NCBI RefSeq assembly: GCF_000150275.1
Contig: NW_002060943.1
Span: 11,594,878-11,658,877 of the forward strand
Direction of reading: 5' to 3'
DNA: 64,000 nt
Origin: Trichoplax adhaerens
Taxonomy: Eukaryota > Animalia > Placozoa
Shown here piece after piece: positions 58,308 through 64,000 of this stretch. The stretch's first letter is position 1, and each line of letters begins with the position of its first letter. The notes under the pieces were generated by a model that was not told the origin of the DNA, ran no database searches, and saw nothing but the letters and a program-made list of their open reading frames with translations. Both the position numbers and the translations under genes were made by a program.

Positions 58308-60392
58308 TAATTTTTGTCATTTTATTTAGCTAACGGTATTAATATTGAATTGGTATCATTTTATGGCATTAGTCAGGCTTATTTCGCCTTATATTTATAA
58401 GGTGTGATTTTTGCTACGATACTAAGTAAGATAAGCCAATTTAGTTCTTGAGCTACTACTGACGTATAGCTAATAAATATAATTGGATAGATATTTATGT
58501 TATGTAATTTCTTATAGATAATGAGTCTATTTTAGGTGTTATTTCTACTATAAATATTATAATAGGCAATGCTTCGTTGTATTCTAGACAAGAAAATTAA
58601 TCCAGACATTTGAAGATTAAAATCTTTTGTATGAATTATGAATGAGTAAATGACATTCTGTAATATTAAAGGTTAAGCAGCTACTTCCATGACGACAAGA
58701 ATCAAATATTTCAATTTCAGCTAGTATTGCAGAAGTTCATACGCGGCATTTCGAAAACACCTAACCTCTGTATTTTAATTAAAATTGTTGTTCACTTTAG
58801 TAAATTACTGAAACCTTTGCTCTGATGCTTCCCCAAGGTAATAACATTTATACCTACTTTCGTAATTGCCAATGCTATTATGAAGCGGTTTTATTACAAA
58901 AATTACGTAATCATCCTTTAATTTAATTAGTACCAAATCGATCTAGTGGTACGTCAGCTACTGCTAGTAAGAGAATAGGGCATTTTATCTTCTTTACTGA
59001 AGGACTTTTTCATCTTGGAAACATATGATATCGTATTATTACGTATAACTTAATTATTTGATATTAAACTACTCGTGCAGCTTGTGCTAGTCATGAAATC
59101 TCGAGGTGTATTAATTAATATTTCAGACCTAAAATGCTACTTGCTTCTTAATAGTTCAGTATGCTGATAACTGTACATAATATGCTTTAAGAGTAAGTAA
59201 GAGAAAGAAACGGTAAAGTTACTGCTCCTTTTGTTGGTTTCCAGATGCTATATGACGCACTTAAGATAATTCTTTACAATATGTTGACGTTTTCACCTAT
59301 GATTCATCACACAATATGTGATCTTATGGTATGTAGAAGATGGCAATATTCGAGTTCTTCGTTCTCGAGGTTCAATTGCTCAATTTAATAGTTTACGCTG
59401 TAAAAGTCTCAAGAATTTCGAAGTGATTATATAAGAATTAAGTATTTTAGTTCCATTTTTTTCATAAAAGTCCTTGCTTATGTTATTTTGAATATTTCGG
59501 CTGCGTTCACTACTGTGGTCGATCATGATCAGATTAACTAACTTAGTGTGGAATCTTCTTGGCTGGACTTGTCGAGTATCATTTGGATAGTATGAGAAAC
59601 GAAGCACAAGTTAAGCCATTCTACCGAATCTGATCTTGCGATCGTTAGAGCTTCTAGCACGTATAGTACTATAGCCGAAGTACCTCATGAATTACTCCTG
59701 ATCAACCCAACTGAATATATTGAACGGTGTCAAGTCTACTTTATGCATATACCTTACTACCTCGATGTAAAGTAAGGAGTAACGAAATATAAACGTTGAA
59801 ATGTATTAACTATAAACGTGCATGTATTCTGTCATTTATAGTCGATGAGACAATCAATATTTAACATACACATGATATTATTCAGGTGAGATAACGTAAG
59901 AATTTTACGATTCTGAAGATTTATAATGCATTACAATAACGGTGCTTTGTTGACTAAAAATTATGGTTATAAAATTGTTGAGATAGATCAGTGAAACGAT
60001 TATCAAATAAGGAAATGCTTTAGTTGCAATTAGGCTTGAAAAGATCCGTTAATTTTTTATTGAAGTAGATACAGTAAAGTTACAATCATCAATTTGAATG
60101 GCATGTACCGTATAGTACAATCTTCGATCAGCCATCAATTCATAAGAGTTCCAATATTAGTGATATTAAAACGCTAATAGGCACCACAGATTACATTCTT
60201 AAACATTCGAGCTCTATTAATGAATGATTTCTTACATGAAATTATGCCAAGTTTTTACAACTTGCAATATCGAAATGCAGTAACGGAGTTAGAATAAAAT
60301 AAGCGTACTATGCCTAGGCATATATTCACAGTCCAATTAAACTAGTTACAATCTTACTCCAAAACAAGTATAATGTTTGAGCTGGTAATAGC

Positions 60393-60740
<348 letters not shown>

Positions 60741-63141
60741 TTAGTTCAATCCATAGACAATTTTAAACCACTTATTTCTTTTTCACTCTACAGTACAGTA
60801 TGCTATTCACGACAGTAGAAAAACTGGTGTGTCTATACGAGTATATGCCAATCTTTCAAACTCATACTGTATCTATTCTGTGATCGTAAATAAGACGTAT
60901 AAATATAGAGCAAATAACCACCATTCAATGTATACGCGTGTGTACAGAATCGAAGCGAACAGTTAGCTCGGATATCATGTGCTATAACTAGTGTTGCAGC
61001 AATGTATGAAATTACCAGGATCGATCGTTACAATATTATATCTAAATTCTAATTTAAAAATTCAATTTTAGTTCACTAAGCTAGTTGAAGATATAAGTCT
61101 TACCAATATATAGAGTTCAATAGAGATCAAGATCGAAAATGTCTTCGCGGCTAATAAATTACCCTCCAATATACAGTATGAGTTTTTCCAGAATAAAACG
61201 AAATTGGTCTAATGCTATGATTTATACTGTACGCTTTATAGGGAATGGCTTAAGCTGGTGTACAGTAGAATGGGTCAAATTGTCCTATACAAAGTATACA
61301 GTATTAACTGTCGATTTAATGAGTTTAATGTGGTCTCGAATGAATCCACTGTCATGGTGATCCATGGTTACCTAGCAACATAACGCTAAAACATGGTAAA
61401 TCATTGGTGTAAATATCGGCGACCAGTAACTACCCAGAAGTCATTGCGGATCTGTAATGCACTAAAACCACACAGTACACCCATAAAACCAATCAAGAAG
61501 CTGGATGACAATGGTAGTACTGTACACTGTGTACAGTAGTACAGTATAGTAGTCAAGTTAACTAGTAAGTGGGCCGTTATATTTACAGTACTGTACAAAC
61601 AGTACAGTATATCTACTGTAGTTTATCGTTTCAGACAATACTGTACTGTACAGTACGCTTCACATGGGATGGCTAGCAAGTAGAAAAGTTTGCTTTACTT
61701 TACCCTGCACATTTCATAATGTAGTGTTTTACAACTTTCTTCCTACCCGACGTAGTATCATTTATGAACAGACACTCTCCATTCACTCTAGTGTACAGTA
61801 GCTGTAGTAGTAATAATTTATGGGGAAAAAGTCTTTTCTAGTTTTATTTTACCCTATGGCTGTCTCTATGGAAATATGTAAATAATCCATCAATTTACTG
61901 CTACGGTTATTTACTTGTATTCATTTTCATTTATTTTTTCCGTAGAACTATAGCCCTAGATCTCTATTACAATAATAACTGTATGTGTGATTCCGTAATT
62001 GAATACTATACGTAGAGTGATCTAATAGTATTGAACCGAATTCAGTTGCAATGTAAGCCAAATATCTTCATCGTCATTTGTAGTCAATAAGTAATTTATT
62101 CTGAGTTGTTACTATCTATTTAACCGTTGATAAAGAGGACACTGGTGGATAGCCTGTATGGTAGTTTAATTTATAACTTCGTTATGCAGGCACTTTAAAA
62201 CGAACGTAACCTGCTAAATACTTCGACAACTCAATATGATTGTACAGAGTTATAGATTATTTGTTATACGACGTAGGTATCTGAGCATTTTCTGAAATAT
62301 AGTAGTGATCTTCTGCAATAAGATCTTGGAGCTCTGTTTTAAAAGGTAGTAATAGCTATCGAAATTATGACTCTTATGAAACTTATAACTATTACTAAAT
62401 TTAAATTAACAGTCATTGCGATGCCAACTGATCCTATAGTTCAAAATAGAAGGCATTCGTTATACGCGTATAATTACAATTTACAGTTCTATGAAGTGTT
62501 CATACATTAGTAACCCTCGAGGAAAGAGTAAACAATGTAATGCTTTATATAATTAATCATCGTATTTATTTATAAAGTCTGTATGTTGATATCCTCTTGA
62601 CAACAGAATGCATTGTAATATTAAATTTACATATAATTAATTGTATATGTACTACTTTATTGTCTGAGGCTGCGGACTCGGTAAAGTACAAATGTTTTCG
62701 AAAGAGTTGATATTTGACAAAATTGTAAACATTAGACATTACAGATGCAAGTATAAGTTTTATCTTGCAAGGGCCATGAAGTAAACAGAATATATGCGCA
62801 TGTTAATGTTGTTAAAAAACATGAGTTTATGCGCACTAGATAATATCTAATCCCAGTTAGCTCAGTTAAAACTTAGCTAATGTGATAAATGTAATTTGAA
62901 TTCAATCTAATTTATTACCTGATATGTTTAGTACGACAAACTGTGATAGTCTTATGATTTTCAATCTAGCGAATGGTGCAAGAGGCTAGTTGTTAGGTCT
63001 ATAAAATATGCTAGTTTGGTTGTTAGTAGGTTTAAGTTGGTAGATTGGCATTAATATATTGATTCCCTCATAACGATATTGCTCAAAGGGCACAGTCTTT
63101 ATACTAGGATCTCATAAAAATAAATTGATAGTTTTATCACG

Positions 63142-63319
63142 TAAGAAACCACAAGAACTAATGCTGAAATCAATAAGGTCTACACCAACACACAAAATTT
63201 GACTAGGAACAATCATAGTTAAGCCAGGCATTAAGTTGAAAAGGCTATTGATTGTAATATTGACAGAATAGCTGGTAACTGCTGGAAGGGTATCGCCAGG
63301 CGAAACAAAAAGTTTTGCC
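63142..63319 (-). CDS. Possible internal exon of an unidentified gene
   Basis: Stop-free frame AKLFVSPGDTLPAVTSYSVNITINSLFNLMPGLTMIVPSQILCVGVDLIDFSISSCGFL bounded by AG and GT; no recognisable family. Confidence 0.3.
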
Positions 63320-63554
63320 TACTTTTGAAGGTATCAATTTCAGTAATTTCCTCATAGGGCCTATTAGATTACGGTGGAATACGAATAAATAACATCGGAG
63401 TATTAATGATAGCTTTTGTGTTTAGTTGCTAATAATTATCCTGCTTATGTAATAGCAAGGGACTAAAATCTGTCAGTTATATCAGATTTACTTGATCAAT
63501 ATTTTATCAATTAATTACACTCGGATACCTTGTAATGTTGGATAATAATAGAAA

Positions 63555-64000
63555 AAAATACTGTACAGTACGTACCAACTGAATGTACTGTACAGTATGC
63601 TTGATTGTACGGATCTCGAGGGACAAAGTAACAATTTGCACAGTACAGTACAGTACAGTACTGTAGCCATTACAATGTACAGTACTGTACAGTATAACGA
63701 TAGGTTACAGTATACTGTACTGTAACTGAAATCAATCCAGCAGTACAATGTACTGTAACGATTTGATACAGTACTGTACAGTGTACAGTACAGTACAGTA
63801 TCGGCCTCTAATGTTAGCTTTACTAGTACAGTACAGTACAAACTCCCGTCGCTTTGCTGACGGTTTACGATAATGCTACAGTACACTGTACTGCACAGTA
63901 TCATCATACTGTACTGTACTGTACGCTAAAACTGAAATCAATCCATCCAGTACCATGTACTGTAACTAGTTGATACAGTACCGTACCGTACAGTACTACA
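63555..64000. repeat. TACAG/CTGTA array containing a ~36-bp segment shared with the MITE at 3467-4044
   Basis: aaactcccgtcgcttt(g/a)ctgacggtttacgataatg at ~63840-63876 and ~3728-3763; local duplication of aactgaaatcaatcca. Confidence 0.8.

Overview
AT-rich, intron-dense eukaryotic (animal) genomic DNA with short introns. The compact organisation and gene content suggest an early-branching metazoan such as the placozoan Trichoplax (inference only). Gene order: 3' part of pecanex-like PCNX4 (+), MRPS23 (+), meiotic helicase HFM1/MER3 (-), CCDC62-like (+), four Spinster (SPNS) MFS transporter paralogs (-,-,-,+), SRSF1/9-like SR protein (+), DENR (-), COQ5 (+), dynein light chain LC8 (-), and a possible orphan exon near the end. 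Non-coding features: a hAT-type MITE with an 8-bp TSD (3467-4044), a 3x ~360-bp tandem repeat upstream of HFM1, and (TACAG/CTGTA)n arrays concentrated at gene 5' ends. The most striking unexplained signal is an ~1.1-kb, densely base-paired RNA-like element on the + strand inside the unusually long DENR intron 1, antisense to DENR. It carries a CCUAACCCU telomere-template-like motif followed by a hairpin and a possible U/A-rich pseudoknot, making it a candidate telomerase RNA (alternatively another large structured ncRNA). All structures were folded by eye.
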